DNA of 64,000 nucleotides from Candidatus Fervidifonticultor primus (GTDB lineage Bacteria; Sysuimicrobiota; Sysuimicrobiia; Sysuimicrobiales; Humicultoraceae), in assembly GCA_031459855.1 (NCBI GenBank), contig JAVKHP010000001.1, positions 1,825,842 to 1,889,841 of the forward strand, in the 5' to 3' direction. The translations under genes were made by a program, and so were the position numbers. Shown piece after piece: positions 1 through 9,030 of this stretch. The notes under the pieces were generated by a model, which was not told the DNA's origin, searched no databases, and was given only the letters and a program-made list of their open reading frames with translations. Every line of letters starts with the position of its first letter. Position 1 is the first letter of the stretch.

Positions 1-150
1 GAACAGGACGGCCCCGTCCTCCCCCACGAAGGCTTCGGGGAGGGGCGGCAGGTGCCGGTAGGTCTGCGCCGCACCCCAGGCGAGGACCACGGCGCTCGCG
101 ACCACCACCGTCAGGAGCAGAGCGTTGGCCTGTCGCAGGCTCAAATACAC
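1..150 (-). CDS. Partial hypothetical membrane protein, N-terminus only (GTG ~150; continues beyond left window edge)
   Basis: Minus-strand reading from ~150 downward gives VYLSLRQANALLLTVVVASAVVLAWGAAQTYRHLPPLPEAFVGEDGAVLF. It has a hydrophobic TM-like segment and no stop before the window edge, and is preceded by an in-frame TGA. It is under 60 aa so absent from the ORF track. Confidence 0.25.
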   Translation of the reverse strand, partial: MYLSLRQANALLLTVVVASAVVLAWGAAQTYRHLPPLPEAFVGEDGAVLF

Positions 151-504
151 ACGGGGGAAGATTCAGCATCTGGAGACGGGAGCCCTGCTGTAGCGGCTGT
201 TTGCGGGTCTACACGCGCAGGGGCGTGCTATAGGCCCTATAGGACGATGAAAGCTGCCATGGCCACCCAGACTGCGGCGTTGGAAGGTCCCGCCCTTGCG
301 GAAGTCCGTGAGGGCTTGGCCGCAGTGTCTTCTGTACCCAGGGTGGCCTTCACGATCTTGCTTCTCAGTGTCCGTGCGGGAAACCTCAAGCACAACGGGC
401 GCAGGCGCGCCAGCCTGCGAAGCTCCGGCCGCTTGCCCTCGATGGTGAGCACCGGGAACGCGGCCGAACATGGCACTCCCGTGGCTGCGGTTCTCTCGTG
501 GCGC

Positions 505-1752
505 CTACGGCGCGTCCTCCTCGCCGGCGCCCAGATAGTACACGATCGTGGCCGCGTACAGGCGGGCCGCTGCCACCAGCTCGTCGATGGCCACGTACTC
601 GTCGACCTGGTGGGGCAGCTCGCGCTTCCCCGGTCCGATGGTGACGATCGGGAGGCCGCCCCACGCGTGCAGGAATGTGCCGTCGGTGGCGCCCGGCACA
701 CCGCCGTAGCGCGCGGGCCGACCCAGCGCCACTTCGCACGCCCGCGCTACCGCCTGCACGATCGGCGCGTCGGCGGGCGTTGCGATCCACGGGCGGTCCT
801 CGACCAGCTCGAGGCGGATCGCCGCCCGCGGGTCGCCGGCGCGAGTGCCCTCGGCCAGCGCCTCCATGGCCGCCAGCACCGCCGCGTGGTCCTGCCCGGG
901 CACGGTGCGTACGTCGACCGTGACCTGCGCCTCGCCCGCCATGACGTTGAACTGCGGCTCGCCGTGGACCGGGGCGCGCATCGTGGTGGGCGTCACGTGG
1001 GGCAGGCCCAGGAACGGATGGCTGCCCACGCGCGCCTGTTCCCGGTGCTCGAGCTCGCCCAGGCCCAGCACGAACTGCGCCGCCCACGGGATGGGGTTGG
1101 CGCCCGCGTAGGGCATGGCTCCGTGGGCCATCTTGCCGACGAACGTGGCCAGCACACGCATGGCGCCTTTCTGGTACAGGCAGAGCTCGTTCTCCTCGGG
1201 CTCGCACACCACCGCCGCGTCGAACCCCTGGCAGCCTCCGGCGCGCACGAACGCCTTCACGCCCAGCATCAGGCCTTCCTCGTCGGCGAGCGCTGCCAGC
1301 CGCACGCGTCCCGGCAGGTCGGGCACGGTGCGGCGGACAGCGTCGAGTGCCACGATCGCCGCCGCCAGCCCGCCCTTCATGTCGCACGCCCCGCGGCCCC
1401 AGATGCGCCCGTCGGCCACGACGGCGTCGAAGGGCGGGTAGGTCCAGGCGGCTGGGTCGCCCTCGGTCACCACGTCGGTGTGGCCTTCGAGGATCAGGCC
1501 GCGGCCGGGCCGGCCGGTCTCCCAGTCGGCGACCACGTTGGGACGGCCGGGGGCTGCCAGGGAGGTCGACACCATGAGGCCCCGCGCGCGGAGGTCCTCG
1601 GCGAGGTACGCCGCGACCGCGGCCTCCGTGCCGGCGGGGTCCCCCGGGCGGATCACGCTGGGGATGCGCACGAGCGCGCACGTCAGCGCCACCACCTCGT
1701 CGGGATCCACGGCCGCGGCGGCGCGCGCCGCCAGCTCGCGCAGCGCGCTCAC
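505..1752 (-). CDS. M20 family metallopeptidase (ArgE/DapE/succinyl-diaminopimelate desuccinylase-like)
   Basis: C-terminal 416 aa of ORF 505..2667 read VSALRELAAR...GHTDVV...GRGACDMKGG...EEG...HG, matching M20 motifs. GTG start at 1752 overlaps the stop of the upstream permease (GTGA coupling). Confidence 0.85.
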   Translation of the reverse strand: MSALRELAARAAAAVDPDEVVALTCALVRIPSVIRPGDPAGTEAAVAAYLAEDLRARGLMVSTSLAAPGRPNVVADWETGRPGRGLILEGHTDVVTEGDPAAWTYPPFDAVVADGRIWGRGACDMKGGLAAAIVALDAVRRTVPDLPGRVRLAALADEEGLMLGVKAFVRAGGCQGFDAAVVCEPEENELCLYQKGAMRVLATFVGKMAHGAMPYAGANPIPWAAQFVLGLGELEHREQARVGSHPFLGLPHVTPTTMRAPVHGEPQFNVMAGEAQVTVDVRTVPGQDHAAVLAAMEALAEGTRAGDPRAAIRLELVEDRPWIATPADAPIVQAVARACEVALGRPARYGGVPGATDGTFLHAWGGLPIVTIGPGKRELPHQVDEYVAIDELVAAARLYAATIVYYLGAGEEDAP

Positions 1753-2636
1753 GGCCCGGCCCCGCCCCGCAGCCGGGGATCCAGCAGGTCGCGCAGGCCG
1801 TCGCCCAGCAGGTTGAAGCCCAGGACGGCTGCCGCGATGGTCACCCCGGGCCAGATCGCCATCCACCACGCGATGAAGAGCACGTCGCGCGCCTCCTGCA
1901 GCATGCCGCCCCACGACGGGGTGGGCGGCTGCGTGCCCAGGCCCAGGTAGCTGAGCGACGCCTCGGCCAGCACCGCGCCCGAGAACGCCACCGTGCCCTG
2001 GATCAGCAGCGGCCCGGCGATGTTGGGCAGCACGTGGCGGGCGACGATGCGCCCCTCCGGCGCGCCAAGCGCGCGCGCTGCCAGCACGAACTCCTGGTGG
2101 CGGACGGCCAGCGTCTGCGCGCGGCTCAAACGCGCGAAGATCGGCACCAGCACGATCCCGATGGCGACCATCGCCTGCACGTGGCCCGGGCCCAGCGCCG
2201 CGATCATCATCACGGCCAGCAGCAGGGCCGGGAACGCCAGCAGCCCGTCCATGACGCGCATGACCACGCTGTCGAGCGCTCCGCCGCGGAAGCCCGCCAC
2301 GAGCCCCAGCGGTACGCCCGTCCCCGCGCCGATCAGCACCGCGGTGGCGCCCACGGCCATCGCCACGCGGCCGCCGTGCAGCAGCCGGCTGGCGACGTCG
2401 CGGCCCAGGCGGTCGGTGCCCAGCAGGTGGCCGCCGCCAGGCGGTGCGAGCCGCCCCGCCGGATCCACGGCCGTGGGATCGTAGGGCGCCAGCCAGGGCG
2501 CTCCCAGCGCCAGCACCACCAGCGTCGTCACCAGCGCCCCGCCGGCCACCAGCGGCGGGTTCAGCCGGCGCCGGCGCGGGGGCGCGGGCCGGCCGCGTGC
2601 GAGCGGAAGGCGGAGCGCGGACGGCGGCGTGGTCAT
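1749..2636 (-). CDS. ABC transporter permease, DppC/OppC family (peptide/nickel)
   Basis: ORF 295 aa with multiple TM segments and a binding-protein-dependent transport signature (..ASLSYLGLGTQPPTPSWGGML..). Translationally coupled to the M20 peptidase. Confidence 0.85.
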   Translation of the reverse strand: MTTPPSALRLPLARGRPAPPRRRRLNPPLVAGGALVTTLVVLALGAPWLAPYDPTAVDPAGRLAPPGGGHLLGTDRLGRDVASRLLHGGRVAMAVGATAVLIGAGTGVPLGLVAGFRGGALDSVVMRVMDGLLAFPALLLAVMMIAALGPGHVQAMVAIGIVLVPIFARLSRAQTLAVRHQEFVLAARALGAPEGRIVARHVLPNIAGPLLIQGTVAFSGAVLAEASLSYLGLGTQPPTPSWGGMLQEARDVLFIAWWMAIWPGVTIAAAVLGFNLLGDGLRDLLDPRLRGGAGP

Positions 2637-2706
2637 GCGTAGCTATTGGTGCAGGTGCTGGCACCACGCACGAGCGGGCAGCGGGCGGACGGTCGCGTGG
2701 TCACGC

Positions 2707-3648
2707 TCAGTCGTAGGTGATGCGCGGGTCGGCCGCCGCGTAGAGGAGGTCGACGGCCAGGTTGAGCAGCGTGAACATCGTGGCGATGGTGAGCACGGCG
2801 CCCTGCACGATCAGCAGGTCCCGCGCGTAGATGCCCTGCAGCAGCAGCCGGCCCAGGCCCGGCAGGCCGAAGACCTGTTCGATGACGATCGTGCCGCCCA
2901 GCAGGAAGCCCAGCTGCAGGCCCGCCACGGTGAGCACCGGGATCAGCGCGTTGCGCAGCACGTGCCGCCGGAGCACGGTGACCTCGCCCAGGCCCTTGCT
3001 GCGGGCGGTGCGCACGTAGTCGCGCCGCAGTTCGTCGAGCACCGCCGCCCGCACCAGGCGCGTGAGCGCCGCCGCGCGCTCCAGGCCCAGGGCCAGCGCC
3101 GGCAGCGCCAGGTGCCGCAGCCACTGCGCCGGATCGCGCGCCAGCGCCGCGTAGCCCTGCAGCGGGAAGACGGGCCACGCCGCGGCGAAGCCCAACAGCA
3201 GGAGGATCCCCAACCAGAACGTCGGGATCGCCAGCCCCACCTGCGACCCCGCCAGTGCCGCCAGGTCGAGCGCCGACCATGCGCGTCGGGCCGCCGCGAT
3301 GCCCACCGGGAGCGCAACGCCCAGGGCCACGGCCATCGCCGCCATCGCGACCGACACCGTGACGGGCAGCCGCTGGGCGAGCAACCGTGTCACGGGCTCG
3401 CGGTACGCGACCGAGGTGCCCAGGTCGACGCGGGCCAGCCGGCCCAGCCACTCGACGTAGCGCACCACCAGCGGCCGGTCGAGCCCCAGCTCGCGCCGCA
3501 GCCGACTGAGCTCGTCGGGGCGGGCATCGACGCCCAACATGATGGTGGCCACGTCGCCCGGGACCACCTGGAGCGCCAGGAACGTGGCGGTGGCGACCAC
3601 GAGGACCGTGGGCACCACCGCCAGCAGCCGCCGGAGGACGAACGGCAT
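2707..3648 (-). CDS. ABC transporter permease, DppB/OppB family
   Basis: 313 aa; N-terminal MPFVLRRLLAVVPTVLVVATATFLALQ, internal RTARSKGL..VLRRHVLRNALIP (EAA-like loop), C-terminal ..DPRITYD typical of DppB. Confidence 0.85.
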   Translation of the reverse strand: MPFVLRRLLAVVPTVLVVATATFLALQVVPGDVATIMLGVDARPDELSRLRRELGLDRPLVVRYVEWLGRLARVDLGTSVAYREPVTRLLAQRLPVTVSVAMAAMAVALGVALPVGIAAARRAWSALDLAALAGSQVGLAIPTFWLGILLLLGFAAAWPVFPLQGYAALARDPAQWLRHLALPALALGLERAAALTRLVRAAVLDELRRDYVRTARSKGLGEVTVLRRHVLRNALIPVLTVAGLQLGFLLGGTIVIEQVFGLPGLGRLLLQGIYARDLLIVQGAVLTIATMFTLLNLAVDLLYAAADPRITYD

Positions 3649-3713
3649 GGTCCCCGCGGGCTACGCGGGGACGTGCACGGGCGCCGCGGGGGCGCGTCGG
3701 GCCGCCGGCTCCA

Positions 3714-5273
3714 TCACTTCGTCGTCTTCCGGAAGTCGAACGTGTCGATGGCGTAGAGCTGGCGGAAGTCGCGCACCGACCGCTGGGTGCCCATGTAGAG
3801 CACCGGCGTGCCCAACGGGATCAGCATCACGTCCTCGGTCATCTTCTTGAGCGCCTCGGCGTAGATCCGCTTGCGGTGGTCGGGGTTGGTGGTCAGGCGG
3901 CCGGCGAGGATCAGGTCGGCCACGCGGGGGTTGTCGTAGCGCACGTAGTTGGGCGGTACCCTGCTGGGGTCGCCGAACCCCGCCAGCCGGCCGTCGGGGT
4001 CGAGCTTGCCCGTGTGGCCGATGATGGTCAGGTCGTACTCGCCGCCGGCGTAGATGCGCGACAGCCAGAAGCCCCACTCCACGACGCGCGTGCGGGCCAC
4101 CACGCCCACGCGCCCCAGCATCGCCTGCACCAGCTGACCCGCCTCGATGTGCGCCTGGTAGGGCTGCGGGAGGGCCAGGTCCAGCGTCAGCCCGCTCCCG
4201 TACCCGGCCTCGGCCAGCAGCCGGCGCGCCTGGTCGGGGTTGTAGGGGTAGGGGTCGGGGATGTCCACGTAGTAGGGGCTGGTGACGTCCATGAAGACGT
4301 TGGAGACGAGCGACTCCCCGCCGTAGGCGGTCTTGAGGACCTGCTGGCGGTCGACGGCATGCCACAGGGCCCGGCGCACGCGCACGTCGCGCAGTGCAGG
4401 ACGGCTGTGGTTGGGCGCCAGCACGTTGATCAGGCTGGTGACCTGGCGCAGGACCCGCACGTTGGGGTTGGCGCGCACGCGCGGCAGGTCGAGGAACTGG
4501 ATGGCGTCGATGGCGTCGAACTCGCCTGCGAGCAGCCCCGCCACCTTCACCGCCGATTCGGGCACGAAGCGGATCAGCACCTCGCGCAGCCGCGGCTGGC
4601 CCTTGATCCAGTAGCCGTCGAAGCGCTGCAGCCGGATGAAGGCGTCGCGCTGCCACTCGGCCACGGTGAACGGCCCGGTCCCCACCGGCCGCGTGCCGAA
4701 GTCGTGGCGGCGGGCGATGAGGTCGGCCGGCAGGATGGCGCCCCACCCGTGGGCCAGCGCGGCGAGGAACGGCGCGAAGCGCTCGGCCAGGGTGATGCGC
4801 ACCGTGAGGGGATCGACCACCTCGATGGTGCGGATGCTGCCGAAGTCGCCGCGCTTGGGCGACCGCGTGGCCGGATCGAGGATGCGCTCGAACGTCGCCT
4901 TCACGTCGCCCGCATCCAGCGTCTTCCCGTGGTGGAACTTCACGCCCGCGCGCAGCCGGAACGTCCACACCAGGCCATCGGGCGAGACCGTCCACGACTC
5001 GGCCAGCGCCGGGACGAGCTTCCCCTCGTCGTCGGGCTCGACCAGCGTGTCGTAGAGGCTCTTGTTGACCTGGAACGCGAGGGTGGCCGCGGTCGCCTGG
5101 GGGTCCAGGGTGTCGGGCCCACCCGAGAGGGCGAAGACGAACCGGTCCCGCGGGGCCTGTGCGCCCGCCGGTGCGCCTCCGGTCAGGGCCGCGACCACCA
5201 CCACGGCCAGCGCGACCGCTGCCAGGGGACCGTGCGCACGTCGCACCTGCACGCTCCTCGTCGTCTGCTGCAT
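3714..5273 (-). CDS. ABC transporter substrate-binding protein, family 5 (peptide/nickel)
   Basis: Start chosen at internal MQQTTRS.. followed by a signal-peptide-like AAVALAVVVVAAL. Family-5 SBP-like sequence throughout. Its ATG overlaps the stop of the isomerase gene (ATGA). Confidence 0.85.
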   Translation of the reverse strand: MQQTTRSVQVRRAHGPLAAVALAVVVVAALTGGAPAGAQAPRDRFVFALSGGPDTLDPQATAATLAFQVNKSLYDTLVEPDDEGKLVPALAESWTVSPDGLVWTFRLRAGVKFHHGKTLDAGDVKATFERILDPATRSPKRGDFGSIRTIEVVDPLTVRITLAERFAPFLAALAHGWGAILPADLIARRHDFGTRPVGTGPFTVAEWQRDAFIRLQRFDGYWIKGQPRLREVLIRFVPESAVKVAGLLAGEFDAIDAIQFLDLPRVRANPNVRVLRQVTSLINVLAPNHSRPALRDVRVRRALWHAVDRQQVLKTAYGGESLVSNVFMDVTSPYYVDIPDPYPYNPDQARRLLAEAGYGSGLTLDLALPQPYQAHIEAGQLVQAMLGRVGVVARTRVVEWGFWLSRIYAGGEYDLTIIGHTGKLDPDGRLAGFGDPSRVPPNYVRYDNPRVADLILAGRLTTNPDHRKRIYAEALKKMTEDVMLIPLGTPVLYMGTQRSVRDFRQLYAIDTFDFRKTTK

Positions 5274-6091
5274 CACCTGCGTGCCCTCCCTTCGGTGGCG
5301 TCGCGTCCCTGCGCGACGCCCAGCCCCGCCCGGGCGAGCGACCGATGGGCGGCGTCGACCGTCGCGGTCTCCATGACGACGGTCTGCACCCACGGGGGCA
5401 GGTCGCGCCCCAGGTCGACGGCCTGGCTGATCTCGCCGTCGCCCCAGGCGAGGTGGTCGTCACGCCGTCCGCGGTTGTCGTTGACGTGCACGTGCACCAC
5501 GTCCCGGTCGGCGAGCAGAGCCCGCAGCACGTCGGGGCCGGCCAGGTAGGCGTGGGCCACGTCGAGGCACAGGCGCAGCGCCGGATGGGCCACCCGCTCG
5601 AACAGCTCGCGCAGCTCCTCGTAGCGCACCCCGTACGCGAACCCGATGCGGGGCGCACCATCGGCCAGCGCCACCGCCGGCATGTTCTCGAGATAGAGGT
5701 GGATGCCGGCGGCCGCCGCCGCGTCGGCGCACCGGCGCAGCGAGGCCACCGCGTGCGGCAGTCCGGTCTCGCGTGGGAAGACCTCCTGGTAGGGCGGGAG
5801 GCCCGGGTGCACGACCACGCCCCGCGCGCCCAGCCGCGCCGCCTCGTGGATCGTCGCGATCACCTGCGCCACCGACTCCTCACGAATGCCCGGGTTGGTG
5901 CTGGCGATGTTGATGCCGAGGATGGGAGCGTGCAGCGAGACCACGCGGCCATGGGGCCAGGGCACGGGCGGCGGCCACGCGTGGGGCGGCTCACAGAGGA
6001 TCTCGATGCCAACGTCCGCGGCCAGCAGGTCTGCGGCCGCCTCCTGGAGCGGCCGACGGACCGCCGCAAAACTGGAGATCGCCAGATCCAC
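5273..6091 (-). CDS. Sugar phosphate isomerase/epimerase (xylose isomerase-like TIM barrel)
   Basis: 272-aa ORF with ..GIHLYLENMP..HVHVNDN..D.HL.WG.GEI.. motifs typical of the AP endonuclease 2/xylose-isomerase-like TIM barrel family. Confidence 0.7.
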   Translation of the reverse strand: MDLAISSFAAVRRPLQEAAADLLAADVGIEILCEPPHAWPPPVPWPHGRVVSLHAPILGINIASTNPGIREESVAQVIATIHEAARLGARGVVVHPGLPPYQEVFPRETGLPHAVASLRRCADAAAAAGIHLYLENMPAVALADGAPRIGFAYGVRYEELRELFERVAHPALRLCLDVAHAYLAGPDVLRALLADRDVVHVHVNDNRGRRDDHLAWGDGEISQAVDLGRDLPPWVQTVVMETATVDAAHRSLARAGLGVAQGRDATEGRARR

Positions 6092-6410
6092 GTCTCACGC
6101 TCCTCACCCCGCCCGGTGCCTGGCGGGTCGGGTCGTCATGCAGCCCCACTGCAGCATGGTGCCGCCGCTGAGTGGCACCCTGCCGGGTGCGGGACGGTCC
6201 GCGTCATCATGGGGCGCAATTGCACACGCTCCGTAGACGCCGGTCCCCCGCCGACCCGGGTCCGGGAGTAATCATACCACCACGGCCCTGGTGGCCGAAC
6301 GCGCCTTCCTGCACCCTGTGCACACCCCGTCTGCACCGGCGCCCGGGCGCGATGCATCCGAGGCACAGGCCTCCGTGCGTCTGGTCGGGCGCCGTTCTCC
6401 GCGCGCCTGT

Positions 6411-7367
6411 TCAGGCGGGCTGCAGGTCCGGGTAGCCCGGGACGCCGCCGAGGCCACGGGCTGCGCGCACGGCACGGCGCGTCGCTTCAGCGACCGCCTG
6501 CGCGCAGGCCTCGCCCAGGCCGACGAGGTCGCCGGTGGCGTGCACGCCCGTCGCCAGCGCGAAGACCGTGTCGCCGTCGAACAACGTGTGCGAGGGCGCG
6601 ATCGCCCGCGACAGGCCCGCGTGTCCCTGGACCGCGAGGCGCCAGCACTGCGCCTTGGTGAGCGTCGCGGACGTGGCCACCACGGCCAGGGTGGTGTTGG
6701 TGGCGAACACCGCGTCGGGCGGCCGGCGCAGCAGCGCACGCGCCGCGTCCGCGAAGCCCCCCTCGGGCGCGCGGGCGCCAGCCAGGATCGTCCCGTCTTC
6801 GGCGCGCACATCGCCCAGGGCGTTGACCACCACCAGCGCGCCCACGACCGTGCCGTCGTGCAGGCGCACGCTCCAGGTGCCCACACCGCCCTTCATCGCG
6901 TAGGCGGGCCCCAGGATCTTGCCCACGGTGGCGCCGGTGCCGGCGCCCACGCTGCCCTCGGCCACCGGGCCGTCGGTGGCCTGCTGGCACGCGCGGTAGC
7001 CCATGGCCGCGTCGGGCCGGGCCCGCGGGTCGCCCAGGCCCAGGTCGAAGATCACGGCGCCGCACACGATGGGCACCCGCGCCACGCGGGTGTCCAGGCC
7101 GCAGTCGCGCTCCTCCAGGTAGCGCATCACGCCGTCGGCCGCGGCCAGGCCGAACGCGCTGCCGCCCGCCAGCAGCACGCCGTGGATCCGCTGGACCAGG
7201 TTGCCCGGGTGCAGGACCGACAGGCCCAGCGTGCCCGGCGCGGCCCCGCGCGCCTCGCCTGCCGCCGTGGCGCCGCCTTCGCAGAGCACGACCGTGCAGC
7301 CCGTCAGGCCCACGAGGTCGGTCTCGTGGCCCACGCGGATGCCGGGCACGTCGGTGATGGACGTCAT
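6411..7367 (-). CDS. P1/S58 family peptidase (DmpA/L-aminopeptidase D-Ala-esterase/amidase-like)
   Basis: Start at internal MTSITDVPGIRVGHETD..; GLTGCTVVL.., ..ATNTTLAVVATSATLTKAQ.. resemble the DmpA/ArgJ-like self-processing family. Confidence 0.75.
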   Translation of the reverse strand: MTSITDVPGIRVGHETDLVGLTGCTVVLCEGGATAAGEARGAAPGTLGLSVLHPGNLVQRIHGVLLAGGSAFGLAAADGVMRYLEERDCGLDTRVARVPIVCGAVIFDLGLGDPRARPDAAMGYRACQQATDGPVAEGSVGAGTGATVGKILGPAYAMKGGVGTWSVRLHDGTVVGALVVVNALGDVRAEDGTILAGARAPEGGFADAARALLRRPPDAVFATNTTLAVVATSATLTKAQCWRLAVQGHAGLSRAIAPSHTLFDGDTVFALATGVHATGDLVGLGEACAQAVAEATRRAVRAARGLGGVPGYPDLQPA

Positions 7368-7509
7368 GCGGCGACGGCGTTGGACGTCATGGGGCACTGC
7401 AGGCCACGACGGTCGGGCACACGCCGCGACTCTTCGGGAGGGCGGGCGCGCACCCCTTCCCCAGACCATCCTCCTGTAGCGCCCGCGCCGGATGCGACGC
7501 TGGGTGATC

Positions 7510-8883
7510 TCAGGGTCTTGCGCCCGACGGCGTGAAGGTCAACGACGCGATCTGGCCGATCCGTCCCGGCACGCCGAGGCGCAGACCGTTGACCGTGAGG
7601 TCGGCCGCCCCCGCGTTTCCCGTCCTGATGTGGATCACGCGACGGGCAGTCCACTGCCGGATCTCGCCGGCGCGCACGACGCCCTCGAAGACCCGAATGC
7701 CGTCGACTGTGACCCGCAGCCACGACCTGCCGGTGGCACTCAAGATCACGCTGACGCCCATGGTCGCGTGGCCGCGGGCGGGCAGGGCGCTCCGAGGTGT
7801 CTCCGCAACCTCGCCGGGTGCGCCGTTCGGGCGAGCCCCCACGTGCGCGGGGCCTGTCGGAGACCGGGCCTGCGGGGGCAGTTCGGGGGAACCCGAGCGG
7901 CCCATAACGATCGACGGCGGCGCGGTAGCACCAGCGGCTGCGGGATCCGCGGCGTGCGTCGCCGGACCGCCTACCGCGATCGTGTCGCGGTCGGCGCCGG
8001 CGGGCGCGACCCCACGATCCAGGGCACCGGCCCCGTCTGTCGGTGGAGAGACAGCTCGATGCTGCGCGACGGCCAACGACCGGAGAGAACGCCCCGGCAG
8101 GTACGACGCGCCAGCGGCGGCGAGGAGCACAACTGCGCCCACCACCGCCCATCCCCTCGGGCGTCTGCGCTGCGGCCTGGACGGGCCGGGCAGAGCTCGT
8201 GCGTCCGGCAGGTGCCGCACCGCATCCGGGACGAGCCCCACACGCGCTGGTCCTGCGCGCAACATGCCTGCACCCGCCGCCACGTCGGCGGCGGGCGGCG
8301 GCTTCCGGAGGGTCGGCCCGGTGCGCGCGCCGCCTCGGAGCACATGCCGGACAACGCACACGCTGCGTGCGCGTGCCCGCAGATGGCGGGGCAACCGGTA
8401 GAAGGCCAGGCACCGCGCCAGGTCGGTCTCCAGATCGCGGGCGGCTCGCTCGCCTTCTGCCACCCAGCGAGCGCGCCAGGCGCGGAAGCGGGCTGCGGCG
8501 GCCTCGCGGTCGCCCGCCAGGAAGATCCTGCGGGCCTCCTCCGTGCACCCCGCGTGCCTTCGACCGTCCACGCTGCGCCGCATGACGGCCAGCCGGTGAG
8601 GGATGCTGTACTGGATAGCGACACCCGGGAACGTCGCTTCCACGGCGCGCACCACCGCTGGCGTGCCGTCACAACACACCAGCACAGGGGTAGCCGTGCC
8701 GGCCCGGAGTTCCTGGAGCAGGCTCGTCCAGGCAGGGGTGTCCACGCGTGCGACGCGACGCAGTCCCGCCACGGTGAGCGTGCCATCGGGAGCCACCGCG
8801 AGTGCGCACAACGTGTGGGAGGCCGTGTCCTCGGCGCTGGGCGGCACGCTGCCCAGCAGGAGCACCATCGGGGTCTGCGGCAT
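7510..8883 (-). CDS. Chimeric protein: mutator/IS256-like transposase core (aa ~1-190) fused to TM segment + Pro/Ala-rich linker + C-terminal DUF4115 (RodZ C-terminal-like) domain
   Basis: N-terminus ..VLVCCDGTPAVVRAVEATFPGVAIQYSIPHRLAVMRR..ARCLAFYRLPRHLRARARSVCVVRH parallels the IS256 ..DGLKGF..AVFP.A.IQRCWVHK.RN...FFKFP.EIRK.IYTTNAIES region but with degenerate catalytic residues. Then TM WAVVGAVVLLAAAGASYL. C-terminus ..SWLRVTVDGIRVFEGVVRAGEIRQWTARRVIHIRTGNAGAADLTVNGLRLG.. is DUF4115-like. A strong SD (GGAAGGAGGTG) lies 8 nt upstream of the ATG. Confidence 0.5.
   Translation of the reverse strand: MPQTPMVLLLGSVPPSAEDTASHTLCALAVAPDGTLTVAGLRRVARVDTPAWTSLLQELRAGTATPVLVCCDGTPAVVRAVEATFPGVAIQYSIPHRLAVMRRSVDGRRHAGCTEEARRIFLAGDREAAAARFRAWRARWVAEGERAARDLETDLARCLAFYRLPRHLRARARSVCVVRHVLRGGARTGPTLRKPPPAADVAAGAGMLRAGPARVGLVPDAVRHLPDARALPGPSRPQRRRPRGWAVVGAVVLLAAAGASYLPGRSLRSLAVAQHRAVSPPTDGAGALDRGVAPAGADRDTIAVGGPATHAADPAAAGATAPPSIVMGRSGSPELPPQARSPTGPAHVGARPNGAPGEVAETPRSALPARGHATMGVSVILSATGRSWLRVTVDGIRVFEGVVRAGEIRQWTARRVIHIRTGNAGAADLTVNGLRLGVPGRIGQIASLTFTPSGARP
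8314..8883 (-). mobile_element. Transposase-derived segment (IS256/mutator family remnant lacking the N-terminal ~150 aa; likely domesticated or decayed)
   Basis: Only the central/C-terminal transposase regions are present. The QRCWVHK-like motif is degenerate (QYSIPHR). No intact inverted repeats identified. Confidence 0.4.
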
Positions 8884-8954
8884 ACGCGCAGCACCTCCTT
8901 CCGGCGGCGCGTCCGGGCCTCGCCGACCATCGGTACCCGCCGCTGGAGGCTTCG

Positions 8955-8988
8955 GGGAGTTTCTACCCTTCTTTGGGGAGTTCTAGAC
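8955..8988. repeat. Direct repeat GGGGAGTT(T)CTAsMC x2 (20-bp period) in an AT-richer leader
   Basis: ggggagtttctac / ggggagttctagac seen directly, upstream of the chimeric ORF. Confidence 0.5.
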
Positions 8989-9030
8989 GAGGATTTTCCC
9001 TAAGAGGCGGTCGCGGCTGTCCGCGAACTT

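Noticed and set aside
150-504. tmRNA / RNase P RNA / SRP RNA
   Set aside because: A 5' segment resembling the tmRNA acceptor/D region is present. No tag reading frame ending in ..AA-stop, no T-arm/CCA 3' partner, and no RNase P P4 or SRP domain IV consensus could be found.
52-1950. 632-aa plus-strand ORF and the 431/720-aa minus-strand ORFs over the same region
   Set aside because: R/G/A/P/H-rich low-complexity translations. They are shadows of the real M20 peptidase frame, which occupies only the C-terminal 416 aa of the 720-aa ORF.
7492-9003. 503-aa plus-strand ORF opposite the chimeric transposase/DUF4115 gene
   Set aside because: Junk composition. The minus strand carries recognisable transposase and DUF4115 similarity.
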